Origin: Planctomycetota bacterium
GTDB taxonomy: Bacteria; Planctomycetota; MHYJ01; JACQXL01
Assembly: GCA_043808305.1 (NCBI GenBank)
Contig: JAZDFB010000123.1
Span: 11,681-75,680 of the forward strand
Length of the DNA: 64,000 nt
Reading direction: 5' to 3'
Shown here: piece after piece, positions 21,212-29,300 of the stretch
How positions within the stretch are numbered: position 1 is the stretch's first letter
Layout of the letters: each line of letters starts with the position of its first letter
Notes under the pieces: generated by a model
Told to the model about the DNA's origin: nothing
Databases searched by the model: none
Seen by the model: the letters and a program-made list of their open reading frames with translations, nothing else
Program-made: the position numbers and the translations under genes

Positions 21212-22813
21212 ATGACAGACAGACTGAAACTTGTGATAATGGCCGCTCTTACCATAAGCGCGGTATTAATGCTGGGTTACGGCGGAGCTTGCGGTTTGGA
21301 TCTGTCTACAAATAATGACGACTCCAGCGGAAGCAGCAACGTGCCTTTACCGGCCCTGGTAACCGCGCCGGTCCCGAATAGCGGGGCAAACAACGTTTTG
21401 GTTAACGCGCAGCTTTCCTGGGCCGCGGTCGGCGATGCAACCTCTTACGATGTCTATTTCGGAACAAACAATCCGCCGCCTTTGGTAACAAACGCCGCCG
21501 GAACGACCTATAATCCCGGCGCGCTTTCTTACAGCGCCGCATATTACTGGCGGATTAATTCCAAGAATTCCGCCGGGGCAACCACCGGCAACCTCTGGAG
21601 TTTCTCAACGGAGGCCGCCCCGCTTCCGTCTCAGGTTACGGCATCTAACCCGGCGGACGGAGCAATCGGCGTCCACACCAACCAGCAGTTAACCTGGACC
21701 CCGGCCGGTTATGCGACCTCTTACGACATTTATTTCGGCATAACCAATCCGCCGCCGCTGTTGACAACCACGGTCGGCGCAAATTGCAACCCCGAAACAC
21801 TGCTCCTAAACACCGTTTATTACTGGCGGGTTGATTCCAAGAATGCTACCGGGACAACAACCGGCGCTATATGGTCTTTCAGCACCGTTGCCGCCAACGG
21901 CATTGCCGTCGACCCTTATATCCAGGGACTGCAATTCTTTGAAGACCTCGATAACGACGATGTCAAAGACGCGCTTGAGCAGCTGTCAACCCTTACGGAT
22001 GCCAACGGCCTGTTCTCATTTGTCAACCAGCTGACTCTGGGCTCGACTATCGCCGTTAATCCCTCCGTAACCGGCACCCACAACGGCGTGGTGTTTACCG
22101 GCAAGATTAAAAGGACCGTTGATGCCCTCACCGGCACGCTGGTTACCTCTCCGTTGACAACATTATTGGCAAACGGCTGGACCGAATTGGAGGTCATTAA
22201 CGTCCTGACCCAGGCCGGACTGACCGGCATTACCGCGGCCGACCTGACAAAAGACCCGATGGAAGGAATAGAACTCCTGGATTACACCACCTTGACAGAC
22301 ACCCATCTTATAAAAATAAGGGCATCCATTGCGATATACTCTTTCCTTTCCGTAATGGACGGTATAATCAATAACGGATTCGCCATATCTTACACGGCAT
22401 TCACCCAGAATCCTAATGCAATACCGTTGTTGCAACAGATGGTTAGTATGATCAATACCGGCCTTTCGGTGCAGATTCTGGTCCAGATAAAACAGGCTAT
22501 GGATATCGCCGCAGGATACTTAGCCTTAGTTGGACAACCCCCGCCGCCGCCGGTTACGGCAAGCGATATTATCAAGGCATCAGTCGCGGTGTCGAATTTC
22601 ATTATTCCCAAGGTTATCGCGGATATTAACTATCTGCCTAATTTAACCCAATGCGCCAACTTGTCCCAAAAACTGGGATTGAGCTTCTATCTTCTCAGGA
22701 ATAAGAACAACCCGACAATCCAGATGGGAACAACCTTGCACTATCTGCCTTCGGTTGGGACGTTCATTACGTTTATCGTTAATGCCGGCGGCACAGATTC
22801 TCAAGGACAATAA
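21212..22813 (+). CDS. Secreted/lipid-anchored protein: two YYWR Ig-like modules plus a Ca-loop C-domain
   Basis: 533 aa. Signal ending LMLGYGGACG. Two about 95-aa modules (LSW..ATSYDVYFG..PPPL..YYWR(I/V).SKN..G.TTG..WSFST). C-domain starts GIAVDPYIQGLQFFEDLDNDDVKD. Confidence 0.8.
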   Translation: MTDRLKLVIMAALTISAVLMLGYGGACGLDLSTNNDDSSGSSNVPLPALVTAPVPNSGANNVLVNAQLSWAAVGDATSYDVYFGTNNPPPLVTNAAGTTYNPGALSYSAAYYWRINSKNSAGATTGNLWSFSTEAAPLPSQVTASNPADGAIGVHTNQQLTWTPAGYATSYDIYFGITNPPPLLTTTVGANCNPETLLLNTVYYWRVDSKNATGTTTGAIWSFSTVAANGIAVDPYIQGLQFFEDLDNDDVKDALEQLSTLTDANGLFSFVNQLTLGSTIAVNPSVTGTHNGVVFTGKIKRTVDALTGTLVTSPLTTLLANGWTELEVINVLTQAGLTGITAADLTKDPMEGIELLDYTTLTDTHLIKIRASIAIYSFLSVMDGIINNGFAISYTAFTQNPNAIPLLQQMVSMINTGLSVQILVQIKQAMDIAAGYLALVGQPPPPPVTASDIIKASVAVSNFIIPKVIADINYLPNLTQCANLSQKLGLSFYLLRNKNNPTIQMGTTLHYLPSVGTFITFIVNAGGTDSQGQ

Positions 22814-22919
22814 TCGGCTGTTAGAACCCCGCCTTTGGCGGGAACTTGTCCCGAGTATTTCCGAGGGATAAATTCCGCGAATTACTTTGGCTGTTATGGT
22901 GAAATAAGAAAGAGGTCCT

Positions 22920-23975
22920 ATGTTAACAAGGTATAAAACGGCGTTACTCGTGGTTGCTGTTATAGGCGCGGCATTAATGCTCGGCTACGTCGGGGCCTGC
23001 GGCAACAGCAAATCAAATAGCGGCGACAGCGGAACTCCTGCACCGGTTGTGGCCGCCACCGGCATTGCCGTCGACCCTTATGTCGAAGGCGTCCAGTTCT
23101 TTGAAGACCTCGATAACGACGGTGTCAAAGACGTGCTTGAGCAATTGTCAACCCTTGCAGACGCCAACGGCGTGTTCACATTTGCCAGCCAGCTAACCCT
23201 GGGCTCAACCCTCGTCCTTAACCCCGCCGTAACCGGCACCCATAACGGCGTGGCTTTTACCGGCAAGATTAAAAGAACCGTTGATACCATCACCGATACG
23301 TTGGTCACCTCGCCCCTGACCACCTTGCTGGCAAACGGCTGGACGGAGTTAGAGGTTGTCAACATCCTGACCCAGGCCGGACTGACCGGCATTACCACGG
23401 CCGACATCAAAATGGACCCCATGGCCGGGATAGAAAACCTCGACGCCGCGACCCTGACCGAGGCGCATCTGGTCAAGATTCGCGCCTCCATCGCCATATA
23501 CTCTTTCCTTTCGGTTATGGACAAGGTCATCACCAGCACGGGCATTACCATCACTTACGATGCTTTTGTGGCCAGCCCGACCGCCATAGCGTTGCTTCAG
23601 AATATGGTCACCTCCATCAACAACGGACTGTCCACCCAAATTCTGACTAATATCGATTCCGCCCTGACAGCCGTCAATGCCATAATAACAGGCTTTGGCC
23701 AGCCGGCGCTTCCCAAGGTTACGGCCGGCGATGTCATCAGGGCTTCCGTAGCCATCTCTAACTATATTATCCCCAAGGTCTTGGTAAATCTGGCTTACCT
23801 GCCCACTCAGCTCGAAGTCACCACCTGGTCGCTCGACCTGGGCAAAAGGTTCTACACCTTAAGAAACAAGACTCATCCGAGCGTTCAGGGCGGGATTACT
23901 CGCGGGTCGCTAACAGATATCGGAAATGCCGTAACATTTATAATTAGTAGCTCCGGGACAGTCATTAACCAATAA
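22920..23975 (+). CDS. Secreted/lipid-anchored paralog consisting of the signal plus the Ca-loop C-domain only
   Basis: 351 aa. Signal LMLGYVGACG. GIAVDPYVEGVQFFEDLDNDGVKDVLEQLSTLADANGVFTF...VTGTHNGVAFTGKIKRTVD is collinear with the C-domain of 21212-22813. Confidence 0.8.
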   Translation: MLTRYKTALLVVAVIGAALMLGYVGACGNSKSNSGDSGTPAPVVAATGIAVDPYVEGVQFFEDLDNDGVKDVLEQLSTLADANGVFTFASQLTLGSTLVLNPAVTGTHNGVAFTGKIKRTVDTITDTLVTSPLTTLLANGWTELEVVNILTQAGLTGITTADIKMDPMAGIENLDAATLTEAHLVKIRASIAIYSFLSVMDKVITSTGITITYDAFVASPTAIALLQNMVTSINNGLSTQILTNIDSALTAVNAIITGFGQPALPKVTAGDVIRASVAISNYIIPKVLVNLAYLPTQLEVTTWSLDLGKRFYTLRNKTHPSVQGGITRGSLTDIGNAVTFIISSSGTVINQ

Positions 23976-23991
23976 TCTGTTCCGATACAAT

Positions 23992-24834
23992 ATGGCTAAA
24001 TTAATTCGTTATTTTGGTTTATCGTGCCTTTTGGCGATGCTGCTGTTGGGCTGCGCTTCGACCTCAACCAGCACCGGTTATGTCAATGACGACAGCAAGT
24101 GCGGCATCTATCCCCCGCCGCCGGCCGCCTTTGCCAAGAAGCGCCTGGCCATAATACCATTCAGCGACAAGACCAACCAGAAATTCACCAAGACTAACCT
24201 CGGCTCCCAGGCCGTGGACATCGGCACCACATTGCTCCTGGCCACCGAGCGTTTCACCCTGGTCGAGCGCGAGAAAATGGACGCCCTGCTGTCCGAGCAG
24301 AAACTGGTCGGCATAGTTGACCCGGAAACGGCCGCCAAGGCCGGCAAAGCGCTGGGCGCGGACCTGATATTTACCGGGGCGGTGACCGATTTCGAAATCA
24401 AGCGCTCCAAGAGCGGCCATCGTTACGGGATTCCCAGCATCGGCAAACTGCCCGCTTTCAGCCTGGGCAATGAAACCCAGGTCCTGGACATATCCATGGC
24501 CGTTGACGGCCGGATTATCGAAACCGAAACCGCCAGAGTGATATTCGCCGATTCGGGCGAAATCAAGCGCCAGGAAACAGCCGGGGGCTGGCATTTCGGG
24601 CTTCAGGGCGGCGCCGGCTATTCTGAAACAGGAGAAATCAGGATAGACGAATCCGCCGCCGGCAAACAGCTCCGCTTCGCGCTGGACAACCTCATCCAGA
24701 AAATGGTGCCCAAAATAGACGCGGCCTACACGGTCCAGCCGCCCGAGCCGCCCAAAGACCTCGAGCCGACCAAAGAACCTGAACCGGCCAAGGAACCCCA
24801 GCCGGCCAAGGAACCGGAACAAAACAATAAATAG
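23992..24834 (+). CDS. CsgG/HfaB-family lipoprotein (copy 2) with a PEPxK-rich tail
   Basis: Lipobox LLLGC. LAIIPFSDKT...RFTLVEREKMDALLSEQ...GADLIFTGAVTDFE, IFADSGEIKRQE, AAGKQLRFALD are collinear with copy 1. The tail is PPEPPKDLEPTKEPEPAKEPQPAKEPE. Confidence 0.75.
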   Translation: MAKLIRYFGLSCLLAMLLLGCASTSTSTGYVNDDSKCGIYPPPPAAFAKKRLAIIPFSDKTNQKFTKTNLGSQAVDIGTTLLLATERFTLVEREKMDALLSEQKLVGIVDPETAAKAGKALGADLIFTGAVTDFEIKRSKSGHRYGIPSIGKLPAFSLGNETQVLDISMAVDGRIIETETARVIFADSGEIKRQETAGGWHFGLQGGAGYSETGEIRIDESAAGKQLRFALDNLIQKMVPKIDAAYTVQPPEPPKDLEPTKEPEPAKEPQPAKEPEQNNK

Positions 24835-24867
24835 AAGCGGCGCCAAAGCGCCGGAAAGAAGTGACTT

Positions 24868-25293
24868 ATGAAAAAAGTGTTTATTACCGGTCTGGTTATT
24901 GCCGGATTGATAGCCGCCTGGGGATGCGGCAAGTCCGCAGACGGCCCCGCTGATAGGGGCAAATCGGAAAAACCAAATACGGCAACCGAACCCAATAAAC
25001 CCGCCCAACCCGCGGCCGCAACCTCCAACACCGTTTCGGCAACGGCTACCGCCGAGGTCAAGCTGGAAGTCAAATCGGTCGTAACGTCCCATACCATAAC
25101 AGATGCCGAAATCGGCCTGAAAGTAAAATGTCCGGTCATGGGTTCCGATATCGTCGTTGATAAGGACACCCTGTCCGCCGAGTACAAAGGCAAAGTATAT
25201 TACTTTTGCTGTCCCGGCTGCCCGGAAGAGTTCAACAAAAACCCCGAAAAATACGCTATACCGGACGCGTCCGCCACGCCTCCTGAAAAATAG
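24868..25293 (+). CDS. Lipoprotein with a C-terminal YHS (TRASH-like metal-binding) domain
   Basis: Lipobox AAWGC. KCPVMGSDIVVDKDTLSAEYKGKVYYFCCPGCPEEFNKNPEKY. Confidence 0.75.
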   Translation: MKKVFITGLVIAGLIAAWGCGKSADGPADRGKSEKPNTATEPNKPAQPAAATSNTVSATATAEVKLEVKSVVTSHTITDAEIGLKVKCPVMGSDIVVDKDTLSAEYKGKVYYFCCPGCPEEFNKNPEKYAIPDASATPPEK

Positions 25294-25310
25294 CTTAGAA
25301 AGCCTGTCTT

Positions 25311-25817
25311 ATGAAACTACCCACGGCAATTACCTCGCTGGAAATAGTCGGCCTGGCCATACAGTCGGAGTCGGAAGCCATCAAGTTTTACCGCCGGATG
25401 AGAAAAGCGGTGCACAATTCCACCGTTAACGACAAGCTCAACTTCCTGATAAACGAAGAGTACAAACACCACCGCGCCCTGAACGAATATTACCGGCATC
25501 GGTTCGGCGGCATAACCCTGTCCCGTCCGGACTCATCGCTGGTCCTCAAGCCGTCCGTGCCCAAGGGCCGGATAACCATTTCCATTCTGATTAAAAGCGC
25601 CATCAAAACCGAAGCCGAATCTGAAAAATTCTTTCTTGACTCCGTGGCCATCGTCGGCGACGTCCAGGGCACGTTGCTTCTCAGATACCTGGCCAAGTCG
25701 GAAAACAGCCACTACCAACTGCTCAAGCAGGAACTGGAAATGATAGAGCAGGGCGTCAAAATAAAGAACATGAAATCGCTCTACCAGATGGATAAAAACG
25801 TGCATTTAGGGCCGTAA
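25311..25817 (+). CDS. Ferritin-like / rubrerythrin-family four-helix protein
   Basis: 168 aa. ESEAIKFY, NEEYKHH, EAESEKFF and SENSHYQ fit a duplicated E...ExxH di-iron pattern. Confidence 0.65.
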   Translation: MKLPTAITSLEIVGLAIQSESEAIKFYRRMRKAVHNSTVNDKLNFLINEEYKHHRALNEYYRHRFGGITLSRPDSSLVLKPSVPKGRITISILIKSAIKTEAESEKFFLDSVAIVGDVQGTLLLRYLAKSENSHYQLLKQELEMIEQGVKIKNMKSLYQMDKNVHLGP

Positions 25818-25852
25818 TATTCCTAAGGCGTGAAAGACTGATTCACCGTTCA

Positions 25853-25880
25853 CCCCGTTAGAGGCACGCCTCTAACGGGG
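25853..25880. terminator. Perfect 13-bp hairpin between convergent genes (no U-tract)
   Basis: CCCCGTTAGAGGC-ac-GCCTCTAACGGGG, followed by three TAGACT(C/T) repeats at 25898-25945. Confidence 0.4.
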
Positions 25881-25938
25881 CAAGAAGAACTCAAATCCCG
25901 ACTCCATAGACTCTTTAGACTCCACAAACTATTTAGAC

Positions 25939-27084
25939 TTACTCAATGTACCCCCTAATCCAAATATTGTTAGAACAGAACTGTCCATTCTTATTGATAA
26001 TAACCCTCACCTTTCTGTCAGCATCAGTCGCCACAATCGCCTCCTTATAGACATTGTTATTTAGGTTAGCGATATTTTGCCAGATGAAGTGGATGGTAGA
26101 CGAGCCCCAGTCAGTTCCGGCACGGCGGCCATAGACCCACAACTGTTGCTCCAACCCCGACGGCACACTCATAGCGTTAAACTGGATTTCCAGAATCACC
26201 GCCTTGACCACCGGCGGTATGAACCCCGGCAGGTCAACTATCTGGTCCACGTTATTGGCCGACTGATCCGTAAAAATCTGCGTCTGGGACTGCAGAAGGG
26301 TCAGCATATCTCCCCCGCTGGCGCCTATCCACTGAAAATTAGAACCGGACTCGTTATAGGTCAGCACCGCCCCGTTGCTGGGCGCGTTAGCCGAAGCCAG
26401 CTTGGACGGCTTGACGCACGAATCCGCAATCTTGCCGCTGGTCACTGCAAGGTCCGCAATCTTCGTCTCCGAAACCGCCTGGTCGGTAATCTCGTTACCG
26501 GTGATTCCCGGTGTAATAGGTCTTGTTATCCCCCCGCCGCTTGGTGTTACATACTTAAACTTACCCGAAGACTGCTCGTAAGTAAGGGCCTGTCCGTCCG
26601 TGGGCGTATTGACCGCCGCTAATTTGCTGGGTTTAATACTTGTCTCCGCCAACTTGTCTCCTGTCACTGCTCCGTCCGCTATCTTGGTTGTGGTAACAGA
26701 GCTGGAAGCCAGTTTCTCGCCGGTCACATTCAGGTTCTTGATATTATCGTTCTCCACAGCCGCAATGGCAATCTTTGCCCTGGTCACACAGGCATCAGCC
26801 AGTTCGGCGCTGGTGACAGCCGGGCTAATCGGCCGGGTGATGGGCGAAGGCGGTATTATCGGCAGAACCAATTTATCCTGCGTGATGGTCTTATCCGCAA
26901 TCTTGTCGTTGGTTACGCATTTGTCCTTCAACTTGGTTGTGGTCACAGAACCGTCTTTGAGCTCCTTTTCTGTTACATTGCCATCGGCAATCTTATCAGT
27001 GGTAACTGCGGACGGTGCAATCCGGGATTCGGTTATCGCATAGGTCGCGATGTTGGCAGTCTTTACTTCATTCGGTTTTAACAT
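25939..27084 (-). CDS. Tail-fibre-like repeat protein (no signal peptide)
   Basis: 381 aa. Degenerate about 11-residue repeats (VTTDKIADGNVT, VTTTKLKDKCVT, NDKIADKTIT, VTTTKIADGAVTGDKLA, SETKIADLAVTSGKIADSCV). Two motifs, GQALTYEQSSGKFKYV and GAVLTYNESGSNFQWI. A compact C-terminal domain. The pattern resembles phage receptor-binding/tail-fibre proteins; this is inference. Confidence 0.6.
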   Translation of the reverse strand: MLKPNEVKTANIATYAITESRIAPSAVTTDKIADGNVTEKELKDGSVTTTKLKDKCVTNDKIADKTITQDKLVLPIIPPSPITRPISPAVTSAELADACVTRAKIAIAAVENDNIKNLNVTGEKLASSSVTTTKIADGAVTGDKLAETSIKPSKLAAVNTPTDGQALTYEQSSGKFKYVTPSGGGITRPITPGITGNEITDQAVSETKIADLAVTSGKIADSCVKPSKLASANAPSNGAVLTYNESGSNFQWIGASGGDMLTLLQSQTQIFTDQSANNVDQIVDLPGFIPPVVKAVILEIQFNAMSVPSGLEQQLWVYGRRAGTDWGSSTIHFIWQNIANLNNNVYKEAIVATDADRKVRVIINKNGQFCSNNIWIRGYIE

Positions 27085-27094
27085 ATAAAACTTT

Positions 27095-27187
27095 CCTTAG
27101 TGCCAGTTAGCAATTACCCGGTGTCAATCGGGTAAGAGCGTTATCTGGCACTTAGTCCCGCAAGCGTAGCTTGACGGGATAACTCAC
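27095..27187. repeat. Nested-hairpin intergenic repeat (TTAGTGCCA / TCCCG..CGGGA family)
   Basis: AGTGCCAG...CTGGCACT encloses TACCCG-gtgtcaat-CGGGTA, then TCCCGCAAGCGTAGCTTGACGGGA. Followed by a CACCACAAAGA-family copy at 27193-27232. Confidence 0.7.
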
Positions 27188-27233
27188 ATTTCATAATTCA
27201 CCACAAAGACACGAAGTCAACAAAGAATTAAAC

Positions 27234-27671
27234 TTATGTATATCTGTGTTTATCTGTGGTTGCATTTTGTTCTATTTCCATAATTAACAGTTTCTCTTCA
27301 ATCTGGAGCCGTCCGGTCTGGGCCTGAAACACCTGTTCCTGCGCCCTTAAGCGGCTAAGTTTGATTTCTGCCCGCTGGATGCTGTTAACTGCCCGGCGGT
27401 ATGCCGGGTCGTAGACCAGCCTGCAGATAACCTCGCTGTCACGCCTCTGCGGGTCGGGGTAATGGGGTTTGCCTTCAAGTAACTCGTCAAAGACCTTTAT
27501 AAAAACCGTCGCCCTGAGCTGTTCTACATCGGCCTGCCGCCTGCGTTTAAGGCATTCCAACCGCTGGCGTTCCTTAATAGCCCTTGCCATCTCATTTGAA
27601 ATAGCTTCTAATTTAACGGCAATCTTCTTAATGCTGTCTTTGAACGCGTAAAACCTGTTACGATTCTGCAT
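27234..27671 (-). CDS. Coiled-coil hypothetical protein
   Basis: 145 aa from MQNRNRF behind AAGGGGG. Heptad-rich and charged (ERQRLECLKRRRQADVEQLRA, LRAQEQVFQAQTGRLQIEEKLL). The 3' end reads into a CCACAGAT-type repeat. Confidence 0.55.
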   Translation of the reverse strand: MQNRNRFYAFKDSIKKIAVKLEAISNEMARAIKERQRLECLKRRRQADVEQLRATVFIKVFDELLEGKPHYPDPQRRDSEVICRLVYDPAYRRAVNSIQRAEIKLSRLRAQEQVFQAQTGRLQIEEKLLIMEIEQNATTDKHRYT

Positions 27672-27786
27672 ATTTTCACCCCCTTTTTGCATTTTTCAGG
27701 GCCTTTTTTGAACCAAATCCTAAGCCCGAAAAACTCATTTATAACCCCGTTATACCCCCATTGTAATGGGGGTTTCGGAGGGGTAG

Positions 27787-27807
27787 CCCCTACCCCCCCT
27801 CCCCCCC
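27787..27807 (-). repeat. G-tract box (minus strand G7 A G7 TA G4) upstream of the coiled-coil gene
   Basis: The plus strand reads CCCCTACCCCCCCTCCCCCCC. An adjacent hairpin CCCCCA-ttgtaa-TGGGGG lies at 27755-27772. Confidence 0.6.
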
Positions 27808-27956
27808 GGCCATACCAGAACTTACTTTGCCCTTAATCCCAGATACCCTATATACGGACAGGTGTTTGTTCTAAACATAATAAGTAGTTGTCCCGGGCTT
27901 ACGGCCAGCCACTCCGCACCGGCAGGAGTGGCTCCCGCATAGAAACCGATACTACC

Positions 27957-28739
27957 CTATGGAGTAGATATCTGCACCTCCATATACTTGCGGCCGTCTA
28001 TGGTGACCCAATCGCAGTGGGATACCCCGGCCGTAGCGAAGGGGCTGTAGGTTGCAGACTGCAGACCGGCAATAATCGCATTGTTCTTATCATTTTCCGC
28101 GGTTATTACAGTTGAATCCCAGTCCGCCTGGACCAGGATTATTCCGCTCTGGATAAGCCGCTGGGCTAAAGCGGCTTTGAGCGCTGCCTTGGACACCGCT
28201 ACATTAAGCGGGCCTCCGGCCAGAATCTCATCATCGCCTCGGAGATGACGCAGAACCGTCTTATCTCCGGTGATGAACGAAACCACCAGCCCGACCAGTC
28301 CCTTGCCCAACTCGGCAACGGCTCCGGTAAATGCCAGTACTTGCCCCATTTGCATGGAGTAAACTTCGTTCTTGGCGTCAACGGCCTCTCGGAACCTCTT
28401 ATTGACCTCTCCGTTGACATCCTCGAACATATGGCTTACCGATGCCAGATACTTCTGGTAGGAGTTCATTGCCTTGAACGCCTGTTTCCGCACGATTTCA
28501 TCTCTGGTCAAATCCGACTTAGAGACGAAGGTGCCATCCATAACCGGCGCATAGCCCGCAGAGGATGGACCGGCTATTTTGGTCTTATAGTCCATCTCAT
28601 TCCCGATAACTAGTTCCGATTTTTCCTTAATGATGTCGGACACTGCCTTCATCACCCGTGCCCTTTGCTCCACCATCAAGGGCGGCGCCTCGCTTAAAGC
28701 CGAGGGCACCATTAATCTTGCCTTAGCAACTATACCCAT
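27957..28739 (-). CDS. Hypothetical protein, 260 aa, no recognisable family
   Basis: Start at MGIVAKARL behind AAGGAGGG (9-nt spacing). No signal peptide and no motif I can name. Confidence 0.6.
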   Translation of the reverse strand: MGIVAKARLMVPSALSEAPPLMVEQRARVMKAVSDIIKEKSELVIGNEMDYKTKIAGPSSAGYAPVMDGTFVSKSDLTRDEIVRKQAFKAMNSYQKYLASVSHMFEDVNGEVNKRFREAVDAKNEVYSMQMGQVLAFTGAVAELGKGLVGLVVSFITGDKTVLRHLRGDDEILAGGPLNVAVSKAALKAALAQRLIQSGIILVQADWDSTVITAENDKNNAIIAGLQSATYSPFATAGVSHCDWVTIDGRKYMEVQISTP

Positions 28740-28939
28740 GTTAAAAACCCTCCTTAACCTGTTAGAACTATGACGCAATAGGCGCCATTGAGTTCTAACG
28801 AGGTTTTCATTGGCCGTTTATGTTAATTTGTTACAATTACCGACTGGTAAACGGCTTTAAACCAGCTTGGCAAAACGGCAAGAAACACCGGGCGGGTTTG
28901 GATGGTTCGCGCATCCGCCCCCCACGAACCCCAGCATTT

Positions 28940-29160
28940 TTTTTAACCGCTAAAATTCTTTCATATAGTATATAACAATAAAACTAAATTTTTTTATGAA
29001 TTCTGGAAAATCCTGGAAAATATTTTATATTTATTTTTGAGCCCCTCTTTTTCATATAATGTATATAAGCGAAAAACAGATTTTGTTCAGGAATTCCGTA
29101 TTTTTTTGCTAAATTTATGAAAATTATTCAAAAAGCAGCTAAATAGTTACGTTTTTAGGT
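28940..29160. other. Strongly AT-rich non-coding block with short direct repeats
   Basis: CTGGAAAAT x2 in tandem. TTCATATAGTATATAA / TTCATATAATGTATATAA about 75 nt apart. Several T6-T8 runs. Confidence 0.5.
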
Positions 29161-29166
29161 TTATCA

Positions 29167-29195
29167 GGGGGAAGGGGTGGAATATAGGGGGTAGG
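29167..29195 (+). repeat. G-tract box (plus strand G5 AA G4 TGGAATATA G5 TAGG)
   Basis: Direct reading. No convincing plus-strand gene lies downstream. Confidence 0.5.
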
Positions 29196-29300
29196 TAAAA
29201 AAGAATAGCTTTGTGCCTCAATACAAGTTAAAATCGTTTTGGGGACAAAAAGAGGGTTATTTTGGATTCGTCGGCGCAGATTATGTTCCGGAAAATCCTA

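Noticed and set aside
24064-25092. A 342-aa minus-strand ORF spanning the second CsgG-like gene and the YHS gene.
   Set aside because: It overlaps two plus-strand genes with clear family motifs and RBSs. Its translation is Gly/Arg/Phe low-complexity with no start context.
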